DNA from: Alphaproteobacteria bacterium
Lineage (GTDB): Bacteria > Pseudomonadota > Alphaproteobacteria > UBA8366 > JADFVY01
NCBI GenBank assembly: GCA_041563955.1
Contig: JBFGQV010000003.1
Span: forward strand, 1 to 60,860
Direction: 5' to 3'
DNA length: 60,860 nt
Below, piece by piece: positions 29,893 to 38,425 of the stretch. A program made the translations under genes and the position numbers. Under the pieces are notes generated by a model. It did not search any database. It saw only the letters and a program-made list of their open reading frames with translations, and was not told where the DNA came from. Positions within the stretch are counted from its first letter, which is position 1. Each line of letters starts with the position of its first letter.

Positions 29893-30904
29893 CCAGTTGC
29901 GGGAACAGCGGCTGGGTCAGCTCCGCCGCCAGTCCCGGGGTTTCCGCCTCACGGGTCATCGCGCCGGTCGGGCACGTCTCGATGCAGCGCAGGCAGCCCT
30001 TGCAGTAGCGGTAGTCGATGCCGGTCAGCCGGACCGCGTCGGGCACGGGCTCGTTGCCCTCGGCCGTCCAGACGAGGCACAAATCGGGGCACACCATGTC
30101 GCACATGCCGCAGTGAATGCATTTCTCAAGGTCCAGGACCGGCATCCATCCGGTACGCGAGGTCGACAGATCGTTCCACGCCGTCGAGCCGGCATTGAGG
30201 ACGATGCCGCCAAGCGGCGCCGTCTGGTACCCCCAGAACGGGTCGGGCCTGATGATCGGCAGGTCCCCTTCCGCCCGCCCGATGTCGGGCAGGATCTCGT
30301 ACTCCGCGGTGCCGCGACGGAACGCGGCTTCGTTGCTGGCCACCGCCTCGGGTCGTTTCTGGGCGAATGCGTCGGTCAGCGCCTGCAGCAGAATGTCGGC
30401 ATCGAAAAACGGCACCGCCTCGGCAAGCGTGCCGAGCAGGACCGCGTTGGGCCGGGATTTCTCTTCCGCAGCGATGCGCTGGGCGTCGATGCGGATGATC
30501 TTTGCGCTGCGCGGCAGGCGCGCGAGCCCCTCCGGGATTTCGCCGGGCGGGCCGGTGAAGATCAGCGTGCCCGCGGCGCGGAATCCGGCGATGGTGGCCG
30601 GATGGCTGAGCAGGGCGCGGTGAAAGACCACCACGACATCCGGCGATTCGACCGGTGCGCTGGTGCGGATCGGCTGGCCGGCCGGACCGAGTCGGATAAA
30701 CGACTTGATCGCCGTGCCTTTCTTCTCCGAACCGTAGGACGAAAAATGGGCGCCGTTGAGGCCCATGCGCAAGACCGCCGCCGTGGCCAGGATCTGGCCG
30801 GCGGCATGGGCCCCGAGCCCGCCGATCGACTCGAATCGGAGTTCGAACAGGCGGTCGTTTTGGGGCAAGGAAACAGGTCCGTCCATCAATCGTTCAACCT
30901 TCAA
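29885..30904 (-). CDS. 2-oxoacid:ferredoxin oxidoreductase, fused gamma-delta subunit (gamma domain plus 2x[4Fe-4S] ferredoxin)
   Basis: 339 aa. Gamma-type motif ESIGGLGAHAAGQIL...SYGSEKKG. C-terminal CIHCGMCDMVCP and CKGCLRCIETCP. 8-nt overlap with the alpha-beta gene. Confidence 0.85.
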   Translation of the reverse strand: MKVERLMDGPVSLPQNDRLFELRFESIGGLGAHAAGQILATAAVLRMGLNGAHFSSYGSEKKGTAIKSFIRLGPAGQPIRTSAPVESPDVVVVFHRALLSHPATIAGFRAAGTLIFTGPPGEIPEGLARLPRSAKIIRIDAQRIAAEEKSRPNAVLLGTLAEAVPFFDADILLQALTDAFAQKRPEAVASNEAAFRRGTAEYEILPDIGRAEGDLPIIRPDPFWGYQTAPLGGIVLNAGSTAWNDLSTSRTGWMPVLDLEKCIHCGMCDMVCPDLCLVWTAEGNEPVPDAVRLTGIDYRYCKGCLRCIETCPTGAMTREAETPGLAAELTQPLFPQLDV

Positions 30905-30967
30905 AAATAGGGATTATTCCTTGAAAGAATGAAATTTTTATTTATCACTTGATATGCCCGGAATGCA

Positions 30968-30981
30968 TTGACTTGGGTCAA
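30968..30981. promoter_or_regulatory. FixK/FNR-type box TTGA-CTTGGG-TCAA (palindrome TTGAC-N4-GTCAA) upstream of the OFOR operon
   Basis: Perfect dyad centred about 70 nt upstream of the gamma-delta start (30904). A GATAAAT -10-like hexamer on the minus strand lies 22-28 nt past the box, the spacing expected for a class II FNR promoter. Confidence 0.55.
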
Positions 30982-31241
30982 TCCAAACTCCGCGCGGCGC
31001 CGGCGAATCCGATATTCCGATCATTTCGACTGGCATCGACCCGCAAATCGTCTTCGCGGCAGGCCCGGGTTTGTCGGACGGACTCGCGGCGCACAAGGCG
31101 ATGGCGCGGGCGCAGACGGTCGCCGCGAAAGAAGCCTTGCCAGACGGTCCTGGATTCAACAATATCGACGTTGCGGGTCATCACAATTCGACCTTTATTT
31201 ATTGCGAATATCCGTCAAACGCCTAACTTGCCGGGTGGACC

Positions 31242-32417
31242 ATGGCCGTTCTCGAAACCGACCGAAAGACCCAGCAGCGCCAGACCGTCACCGCGCCGCC
31301 GAAAGCCAACCGCATCGAGAAGATCGAGGTCAGTCACCACCGGCTGCCGCTCGACCCGCCGTTCCCGGCGGCGTGGGACAGCCGCGCGCGCGACGCCTTC
31401 GAGGTGGCAATCATCAGGGTCGCGACGGCGGACGGGGCGGTCGGCATCGGCGTCGGCAGCGATCCGGAGGGGATCGAGCGTCACGCCGAGCTGTTCGTCG
31501 GCCACGACCCGCTGGACCTCGACCGCCACGGCGCCGTTCTTGCCAATCTCGACTTCCACGGCGGCCGGCCGTGGGCCCTCGACATCGCGCTGTGGGACCT
31601 CGTCGGCAAGATTCGCAAGCAGCCGGTGTGGCGCCTTCTGGGCGGCACGTCCGGCACCGTGGCCTGCTATGCCTCGACCGGCGTGCTACGCGGCAAGAAG
31701 GCGCTTGCCGATGCCGCGCGGGTGCTCGCGGGCAATGGCTTCAAGGCGGTCAAGGTCCGCCTCCACCACCCGGACTGGCGCGAGGATATCGCATCGCTCG
31801 AGGCCGTGGCCATCGCCCTCAACGGCAAGGCGGAGCTGCTGGTGGACTGCAACCAGGGCTGGCGCATGCCGTGGGACGCGGAACCGTGCTGGACCTACCA
31901 TCAGGCCCTTGCCGCGGCATGGGAGCTCAAGCGCCTCGGCGTCTACTGGATGGAGGAACCGGTGCATCACGGGGACGTCAAGGCGATGGCGGCGTTGCGT
32001 GGCGCCACCGGGCTGCGGATCGCGGCCGGCGAGATGACCCGCGGCGAACATGCCCTGCGCGACCTTGTGGACCGCAATGCCGTCGATGTTCTGCAGCCGG
32101 ATGCCACCCTGACCACCGGCATACTGGGCCTGAAGCGCCTGGCGCGGCGGGCGGCGGAGAAGGATGTCGCCTTCACCCCGCACAGCTGGGGCAGCGGCAT
32201 CGGCCTGCTCGTGAACGCCCATGTGTTCGCCGGCTGCGGCGGCGGCCCATGGCTCGAATATCCCCTCGATCCGCCGGAATGGACCGCGGAACGACGCGAC
32301 TTCATGCTGGCGCGGCCGGTGCAGGCGAACAAGGACGGCTGCCTCGAGCTCTCCGACGCGCCGGGATTCGGCATCGAGCTCGACGAGGAGCGGCTTGCGG
32401 CAACCCGTGTGGATTGA
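31242..32417 (+). CDS. Enolase-superfamily enzyme (mandelate racemase/muconate lactonizing enzyme family; probable acid-sugar dehydratase)
   Basis: 391 aa. ALDIALWDLVGK, KVRLHHPDW, the LLVDCNQGW metal-ligand region, and LQPDATLTTGI. Confidence 0.8.
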   Translation: MAVLETDRKTQQRQTVTAPPKANRIEKIEVSHHRLPLDPPFPAAWDSRARDAFEVAIIRVATADGAVGIGVGSDPEGIERHAELFVGHDPLDLDRHGAVLANLDFHGGRPWALDIALWDLVGKIRKQPVWRLLGGTSGTVACYASTGVLRGKKALADAARVLAGNGFKAVKVRLHHPDWREDIASLEAVAIALNGKAELLVDCNQGWRMPWDAEPCWTYHQALAAAWELKRLGVYWMEEPVHHGDVKAMAALRGATGLRIAAGEMTRGEHALRDLVDRNAVDVLQPDATLTTGILGLKRLARRAAEKDVAFTPHSWGSGIGLLVNAHVFAGCGGGPWLEYPLDPPEWTAERRDFMLARPVQANKDGCLELSDAPGFGIELDEERLAATRVD

Positions 32418-32482
32418 CGGTGCAGGAGCCGCCCCCGCCGGGGCAGATTTCTTCGCAATCCGGGACTAGAACGCCGCGCCTA

Positions 32483-33130
32483 TCACGGCTCCGTGCTCAT
32501 CCGCATGCCGGGAATCTCGCGGCACCTGTTCTGCTCGACCAGTAGCAGGGTCGGCGCAATGTTGGGCGCCGGGTTTTTGAGGACCTGGGTGCTGAGATCG
32601 GTGCCGAGCGACTCGACCAGCACCACCTCGTCCTCCCAGTCGACGCGGTCGAGTCGAGTGCGGACGAACCACACCACGGTCGCGGCGCTGTGGCCCGGCA
32701 GGCAGTCGCCGAAAAAGGCGCGGGTCTCCTCGACCAGCTGGCCGTCGTCCCGGCTGTAGAGCTGTCCAGGGTAGCGGTAGCGCTTGGTGCGTCGGGTCAT
32801 GCGTCCGTCGAAGGCGGAGTGGACGTAGATCGACTTGTTGGACTCGCAACCGTGGCACCGCCGTCCCGCATAGATGTTGAAGGGCGGCCGGTTGCGGGCG
32901 GCAAGCTGGCCGACGAACTCGAGCTCCACGATGTCGGAGCGCATCTCGGTGCGATTGCGGAATTCGACCGTCATGTTCTTCGGACCGTAGATACCGGGTT
33001 TGACCTGTACGATGTTGGCGGTGATCCGTCGCGGCATCCAGTCCTTGTCCACGATCAGGCGATCCTGCCCGCAGCCGGTGATGAGGCCGGCGGTCGCGAT
33101 TAGCAGGAGTGCTCGCATCCAGATGTGCAT
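32483..33130 (-). CDS. Hypothetical lipoprotein
   Basis: 215 aa with a lipobox LIATAGLITGC. I recognise no family. G+C is lower than in the flanks. Confidence 0.5.
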   Translation of the reverse strand: MHIWMRALLLIATAGLITGCGQDRLIVDKDWMPRRITANIVQVKPGIYGPKNMTVEFRNRTEMRSDIVELEFVGQLAARNRPPFNIYAGRRCHGCESNKSIYVHSAFDGRMTRRTKRYRYPGQLYSRDDGQLVEETRAFFGDCLPGHSAATVVWFVRTRLDRVDWEDEVVLVESLGTDLSTQVLKNPAPNIAPTLLLVEQNRCREIPGMRMSTEP

Positions 33131-33299
33131 GTTTGCTATGCCTTCTTATGCTTGCCGCGCATGTTGCCGCCGGGCCTTCGGGCCCTGCGCGCTCACCGGA
33201 TTAGAGAGCAATAAGACTAAATATTTGTAAAAATACGGACCGGGACCTCACCCGAGGTCACCGTCGCCCAAGGGCGAGAAGGGGCGGGCGCGCCGCACG

Positions 33300-33607
33300 G
33301 AGGTGGATCGGCCTGGAATGGTCGGGTGTACCGCTCAACTCGCCAGCGAGCCGCTCTCTTTGTTGCCGAGCATGAATGCGATGGGCCGGGGCAATTTCTG
33401 GGGTCCGAGCAGACACTGGCCCTGATGCAAACGGAATACCTTTATCCGTCAGTCGCCGATCGAACCAGCCCCAAGGAAAGAGAGGAAGCCGGCAAGCCTG
33501 ATCTCGTCTCAACGGGGCGAGCCAGAAAAGCACTGATCTTGGAATCAGCGCGTTCGTTGATACCCGCTGATCTGGATTCAACGATTAGAGCACGCTGGAC
33601 GATCTGA
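33300..33607 (+). pseudogene. C-terminal remnant of a trimethylamine-methyltransferase (MttB)-family gene
   Basis: The frame reads ..DGPGQFLGSEQTLALMQTEYLYPSVADRTSPKEREEAGKPDL...LIPADLDSTIRARW. This resembles the conserved GPGGxFLGxxHT...E.xxPxxxDR...W.E.G C-terminus of MttB-superfamily proteins, but the N-terminal 400 or so aa are absent. Confidence 0.45.
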
Positions 33608-33691
33608 TTTCAGCCCTGACGGTCGGATATTCTTCTTCATTTCGCCGAACTACATACGGAGGCGCAGGGCTGACGGTCTTTCGGTGTCGGC

Positions 33692-34135
33692 TCAGCGTAC
33701 AATGATGACGGTACAGTGAGCCAGGCTGCTGACCTTGTGCGAGACGCTGCCCAGCAAGGCGGCCTCGATCTCGCCGACGCCGCGGCTGCCCACGAAAATC
33801 GCGTCGATCCTCTTGTCGTCGGCAAAATCGACGATGGTGCGGGCCGGTTTGCCTTCTAGGACATGAGTGTTGACTTTCTCGATACCAGCGGCCTCAGCAA
33901 GCTTACGGGCTTCCGTTAGGATATCCTTGGTCATCTGGTCGAGGACGTATTTCGGCTCGCCCATCAGGTTCTCAGCCCGCAGGAAGTTCGTGAGCTGAGG
34001 TGTAACCCTGTAAGGTCTCGTCACCGTCAACAGATGCAGCTCAGCGCCGAATCTTGCCGCAGTCATGGCGCCGACTTCCGCAGCTCTAAGGGCATTCGCC
34101 GAGCCATCGACGCAGAGGAGGACTTTTTCGCACAT
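33692..34135 (-). CDS. Universal stress protein (UspA family)
   Basis: 147 aa from MCEKVLLCVDGS. C-terminal GSRG.G......LGSVS ATP-binding motif. The upstream ATG at 34162 is also possible. Confidence 0.8.
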   Translation of the reverse strand: MCEKVLLCVDGSANALRAAEVGAMTAARFGAELHLLTVTRPYRVTPQLTNFLRAENLMGEPKYVLDQMTKDILTEARKLAEAAGIEKVNTHVLEGKPARTIVDFADDKRIDAIFVGSRGVGEIEAALLGSVSHKVSSLAHCTVIIVR

Positions 34136-34177
34136 GTTCACCCGCTCTTTTTGTCCGGCCAACTGAGAACCGTCGAT

Positions 34178-36448
34178 CTAGGTTTCATCCTGAGAGGCTG
34201 CTTCCGAAACGGCGTCGACCTTCTCGGCGGCCAGTGTGGCGGCGGCCGCAGCCGCCTTCGCCTTGGCCTCGGCGGCCTTGGCTTCGGCGGCAGCAGCTTT
34301 GGCGGCGAATTTCTTGGCACGGGCCTCTTTGATCAAGAGCGAGCGCTTCTTCTCCAGTTCCGTCGGTACGTTAACCACCGGCTCGGCCTTGCGCAAATCA
34401 TCCAGCGGAATGTGGCACGCGATGGCATGGTTTTCGCCGTCGATCTGCACCGGCGGTCGTTCGTTGTCACAGATATCGCCCACCCGGTGCTGGCAACGCG
34501 TGCAGAAGGGGCAGCCAGCCGGCGGATCGAGCACGCTCGGCAGGTTGCCTTCCAGGACGATTCGCCGCTTCTTGATCTCTGGATCGGCGATGGGTACGGC
34601 TGATAAAAGGGCCTCGGTATAGGGGTGGTATGGTGGGCTGAAGATCTCTTCCGTTGAGCCGCGCTCCATGATCTGGCCTAGGTACATGACGACAATGCGG
34701 TCGGCCAGATACCGGACGGCGCTCAGGTCGTGGCTAATGAACAGCAATGTCGTCTTATAGTCGCGCTGGATGTCCATCAACAGTTCCGTCACCGCCGCCG
34801 CGACCGAAACGTCCAGGGCGGAAATCGGTTCGTCGGCGATAACCATCGACGGATTGCCAGCAAACGCGCGGGCAATGCCGACACGCTGTTTCTGACCGCC
34901 GGAGAGTTGCCGCGGCTTGCGCTCAGCAAAGGCCCGGGGCAGCTTGACAGTGTCTAGCAAATCGAACACCTTCTGCTGGATCTTCGCCGGATCTTTTTCG
35001 ATTCCAAAGTGCTTGATGACGCGGCCAATCTGCCCGCCGATGGAATGCGACGGATTGAGCGTGTCATTAGGGTTCTGGAACACCATCTGCAGTGAGCTCA
35101 ATTGCTCGGACGTGCGCGAGCGCGTCGGAATGGCGCCGATGTTGACCTTGTTGAGGCGAACCTCGCCGTCGGTTGCCGTTTCCAGGCCCATCAGCACCTT
35201 GGCGAAGGTCGACTTGCCGCAGCCGGACTCGCCGACGATGCCAATGGTTTCGGCCCGGCGGGCGCGAAAGTTGATGGCTTCGTTGGCCTTGACGAAATGA
35301 ACGCCCTTGCCCGAGATTATGGCGCCGATGGAGGTGTCCCTGATCTCGTAGTACTTTTGCATGTTGTCGACTTCCAAGATGACGTCGCCGATCTCGGCCG
35401 CGTCCTTGGCGTCGCCGACGGCCATGGCCTGGGTCGTGTCGATTTCATTCCAGCGCGCGCAGCGCACCCTGTGCCTGTGATCGTTATCGGTCGTGACGTC
35501 TTCCATGCGGATAGCCTCCTGATCGCAGATCCCTTCTGCCATGAAGTCGCATCGCGGCCAGTAGTAACAGCCCTTGGGTCGTTCGTGCGGCAACGGCAAC
35601 TGGCCGCGGATGGCGGCCAGCGGGCGGGCGTTCTTGTCGGCGTGGGGCAGCGGGATACAACCGAATAGGCCATGGGTGTAGGGATGCTTTGGCCAGGAGA
35701 AAATGGAATCGATGGTGCCTTCCTCGACCACCTCGCCCGAATACATGACGCAGATCCGGTCGCAAACCTCGAGCATCAGGCCTAGGTTGTGAGAGATATA
35801 GAGCAGCGAGGCCCCGGTCTGTTCGCTGAGCTCGGCGATCAGTTCGACGATACCGGCCTCGACCGTAACGTCGAGTGCCGTCGTCGGCTCGTCGAGCAGC
35901 AGCAGCGATGGCTTCGACAACAGCGCCATGGCAATGACAACGCGCTGCTGCTGGCCGCCGGAAATCTGATGCGGGTAGGCCTCCATCAGGCGCCTGGGAT
36001 CGGGAATATGCACGGATGCCAGCATGTCCATGGCCCGTTCCGTCGCTTCCCTGAGGGGTATCCCCTCATGAACCAGCAGGACTTCTGTCAGTTGTTCGGC
36101 GATGGTGACACTTGGATTGAGGGCGGCCATAGGCTCTTGGTAGATCATGGCGATCTCGGCACCGCGCAGGTTTCGCACCTCTTCTTCCGACATCTCCGCC
36201 ATGTCGCGGCCCTTGAACTTGATGGTGCCGCCGACGATGTCGCCGTTCTTGCCCATGTAGCGCATGATGCCGTTGGCGACGGTCGACTTACCGCAACCGG
36301 ATTCCCCGACAAGGCCGACCGATTCTCCCTTGTCCACCTTGAGGCTGAAATCCATGACCGCCGGTATTTCGCCAGCGCGCGTGTAATAACTGAGCCGCAG
36401 GTTGTCGATTTCAAGGACTGGTACTTCGCTATCGTTCGTCATGGCCAT
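34178..36448 (-). CDS. Fused double-ATPase ABC transporter subunit (DppD-DppF/OppD-OppF type) with an Ala/Lys-rich C-terminal tail
   Basis: 756 aa. Two Walker A sites (GESGCGKS x2) and two signatures (ISGGQQQRV, LSGGQKQRV). The tail reads ..KEARAKKFAAKAAAAEAKAAEAKAKAAAAAATLAAEK... Confidence 0.88.
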   Translation of the reverse strand: MAMTNDSEVPVLEIDNLRLSYYTRAGEIPAVMDFSLKVDKGESVGLVGESGCGKSTVANGIMRYMGKNGDIVGGTIKFKGRDMAEMSEEEVRNLRGAEIAMIYQEPMAALNPSVTIAEQLTEVLLVHEGIPLREATERAMDMLASVHIPDPRRLMEAYPHQISGGQQQRVVIAMALLSKPSLLLLDEPTTALDVTVEAGIVELIAELSEQTGASLLYISHNLGLMLEVCDRICVMYSGEVVEEGTIDSIFSWPKHPYTHGLFGCIPLPHADKNARPLAAIRGQLPLPHERPKGCYYWPRCDFMAEGICDQEAIRMEDVTTDNDHRHRVRCARWNEIDTTQAMAVGDAKDAAEIGDVILEVDNMQKYYEIRDTSIGAIISGKGVHFVKANEAINFRARRAETIGIVGESGCGKSTFAKVLMGLETATDGEVRLNKVNIGAIPTRSRTSEQLSSLQMVFQNPNDTLNPSHSIGGQIGRVIKHFGIEKDPAKIQQKVFDLLDTVKLPRAFAERKPRQLSGGQKQRVGIARAFAGNPSMVIADEPISALDVSVAAAVTELLMDIQRDYKTTLLFISHDLSAVRYLADRIVVMYLGQIMERGSTEEIFSPPYHPYTEALLSAVPIADPEIKKRRIVLEGNLPSVLDPPAGCPFCTRCQHRVGDICDNERPPVQIDGENHAIACHIPLDDLRKAEPVVNVPTELEKKRSLLIKEARAKKFAAKAAAAEAKAAEAKAKAAAAAATLAAEKVDAVSEAASQDET

Positions 36449-36451
36449 TTC

Positions 36452-37342
36452 CTAATCCTTTAGCGACACTTCGCGGAGGCCGTCTGCCAGCAGGTTGAAG
36501 CCGAGCACCAAAAGCGAGACCGCACAGGCCGGAATGATCGCCATGTGGGGGAAGCCGCCGGTGACGAAGGCGCGTGTTTCGGTGATCATACCGCCCCAGT
36601 CCGGGTCCGGCGGCGGCAATCCGAGGCCGAGGAAACCCAGGGCCCCGATGGTGATGGTCGTGTAGCCCATGCGTAGGCAGAAATCGACGATCAGGGGTCC
36701 CCTGGCGTTGGGAAGAATTTCGACAATCATGATGTACCATGAACTCTCGCCACGGGTCTGGGCGGCAGCGATATACTCGCGGGTCGCAATGTCGAGCGTC
36801 ACGCCGCGCACGATACGCATGATGCCGGGTGAACTGGCAAAGACGACGGCGAAAATGATGTTGGCGCCGGACGCCCCCAGCTTGGCTATGATCAACACAT
36901 AAAGCACCATGACCGGGAATGACAGGATGACGTTGGCGACAAAAGAGATCGCCTCGTCGATCCAACCCCGCGAATATCCGGCCATAAGGCCCATGGCGAT
37001 GCCGACAACGTAGGCCGACAGGGTTGCGGCCGTTGCATAGAACAGCACTCGCTGACCGCCCCAGATGATGCGCGACAGGATGTCGCGGCCAAGGTGGTCG
37101 GTACCGAACAGGAAGATTCCGCCCTCAGGCGCCGCCGCGCCCGGCAATGCGAAGGGCAAGATTGGCTGATTCGGGTCGAACGGCGCCACCAGCGGCGCAA
37201 ACACGGCCAGCAGTGCGAAGAACAGTACGATCACGCCGCCGACCATGCCGACCGGGCTTTCGCGCAGCAAGGCAATGGCCTTGAACCATTTAACCAAAGG
37301 ATTAACGGGGGGGGCGAATGCGGTATCGGTGCTATCGGTCAT
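36452..37342 (-). CDS. ABC transporter permease (DppC/OppC type)
   Basis: 296 aa. Multi-TM protein with an EAA-like loop (YIAAAQTRGESSWYIMIVEILPN). Confidence 0.85.
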   Translation of the reverse strand: MTDSTDTAFAPPVNPLVKWFKAIALLRESPVGMVGGVIVLFFALLAVFAPLVAPFDPNQPILPFALPGAAAPEGGIFLFGTDHLGRDILSRIIWGGQRVLFYATAATLSAYVVGIAMGLMAGYSRGWIDEAISFVANVILSFPVMVLYVLIIAKLGASGANIIFAVVFASSPGIMRIVRGVTLDIATREYIAAAQTRGESSWYIMIVEILPNARGPLIVDFCLRMGYTTITIGALGFLGLGLPPPDPDWGGMITETRAFVTGGFPHMAIIPACAVSLLVLGFNLLADGLREVSLKD

Positions 37343-37353
37343 CTCTTCCTCCC

Positions 37354-38286
37354 CTATTTGAACCGGATCCTCGGGTTGAGGTATGTATAGCCGACATCAC
37401 CGATGGTTTGCGTAAACACGGCGACGAACACGGCGGCGACGCCGCAGGCCTCAATGACGAAGATGTCGCGCCTCAGCGCTGCCTCCAGCAACAAGGCGCC
37501 GAAACCCTTGTAGCCGAAGGCGTATTCGGTGACGACAACGCCCGACAGCAGCCAGTTGATCTGCAGCATGATAACGGTGAAAGGTGCGATCAGGGCGTTG
37601 CGCAGGGCGTGACGCAGGATGATCCGCTTATACGGCAAGCCCTTGAGCACGGCCGTGCGGATGTAATGCTGGGTCATGACTTCGGCCATTGAAGCCCGGG
37701 TCATGCGGGCGATGTAGCCGAAGCCATACAGAGTCAGGACCATGACCGGCAAAATCAGCTCAACGACGTTGAAGCCGCCGATCATCGAACTCGTGCCGGG
37801 CAGCCATTCCAGGCTGAATACGAAGATGCTGGTCAGAATAACGGCGCTGGCATATTCGGGAACCGAGGTCGTGGAGATAGACAGTACGGAAAGGAAACGG
37901 TCACGGCGCGAGCCCTCGTCCATGCCGGCCAGGACGCCAAGCACCAAGGCCAAAAAGACCATGATCACAAAGGTGACGCCCGCCAGGATGCCGGTGTTGG
38001 CGAGGCGGTCCCAGAAGATATCGGCAACCGGGCGCTTATAGATGATCGACTGTCCAAGGTCACCGGTCATTATACGGCCGATCCACTCGAAATAGCGGAC
38101 GAAGACTGATCGGTCGTATCCGTTCTGGATGATCCAGGCGTCCAACTGGTCATCCTGGGCGTAGGGGCCCAGAATGCTGCGCGCGATGAGACGCGGATCT
38201 CCCTCGTTCATCAGGAAGAGAAGGAGTGCGACGATGAGCATGATGAGAATCATCAGCCCGAGGCGTCGCGCTATGAGTCGTGCCAT
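37354..38286 (-). CDS. ABC transporter permease (DppB/OppB type)
   Basis: 310 aa. N-terminus MARLIARRLGLMILIML and YIRTAVLKGLPYKRIILRHALRNAL, typical of DppB. Confidence 0.85.
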   Translation of the reverse strand: MARLIARRLGLMILIMLIVALLLFLMNEGDPRLIARSILGPYAQDDQLDAWIIQNGYDRSVFVRYFEWIGRIMTGDLGQSIIYKRPVADIFWDRLANTGILAGVTFVIMVFLALVLGVLAGMDEGSRRDRFLSVLSISTTSVPEYASAVILTSIFVFSLEWLPGTSSMIGGFNVVELILPVMVLTLYGFGYIARMTRASMAEVMTQHYIRTAVLKGLPYKRIILRHALRNALIAPFTVIMLQINWLLSGVVVTEYAFGYKGFGALLLEAALRRDIFVIEACGVAAVFVAVFTQTIGDVGYTYLNPRIRFK

Positions 38287-38425
38287 TTAGAATCCTCCCG
38301 CCTGACGGTCGCGAACCAGCGCCGCCGGATGCCTCTCGCGGCCCTTTACCCAGATTAGGGTTTTCGGGTTCAAGGGCGGACGAAACCGCCGGGAAACCTT
38401 CGTGGATCCCGACGGTTTTCGCCGA

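Noticed and set aside
30978-31184. A 68-aa minus-strand ORF, and the 30949..32037 / 30968..32545 plus-strand ORFs, in the OFOR-enolase intergenic region
   Set aside because: They have Arg-rich low-complexity translations and no RBS. They overlap the FNR-box promoter region and the confirmed enolase-superfamily gene frame.
33326-33607. The 93-aa ORF as an intact small gene
   Set aside because: It resembles only the extreme C-terminus of roughly 500-aa MttB-family proteins and has no plausible RBS or N-terminal domain. I treat it as a pseudogene fragment.
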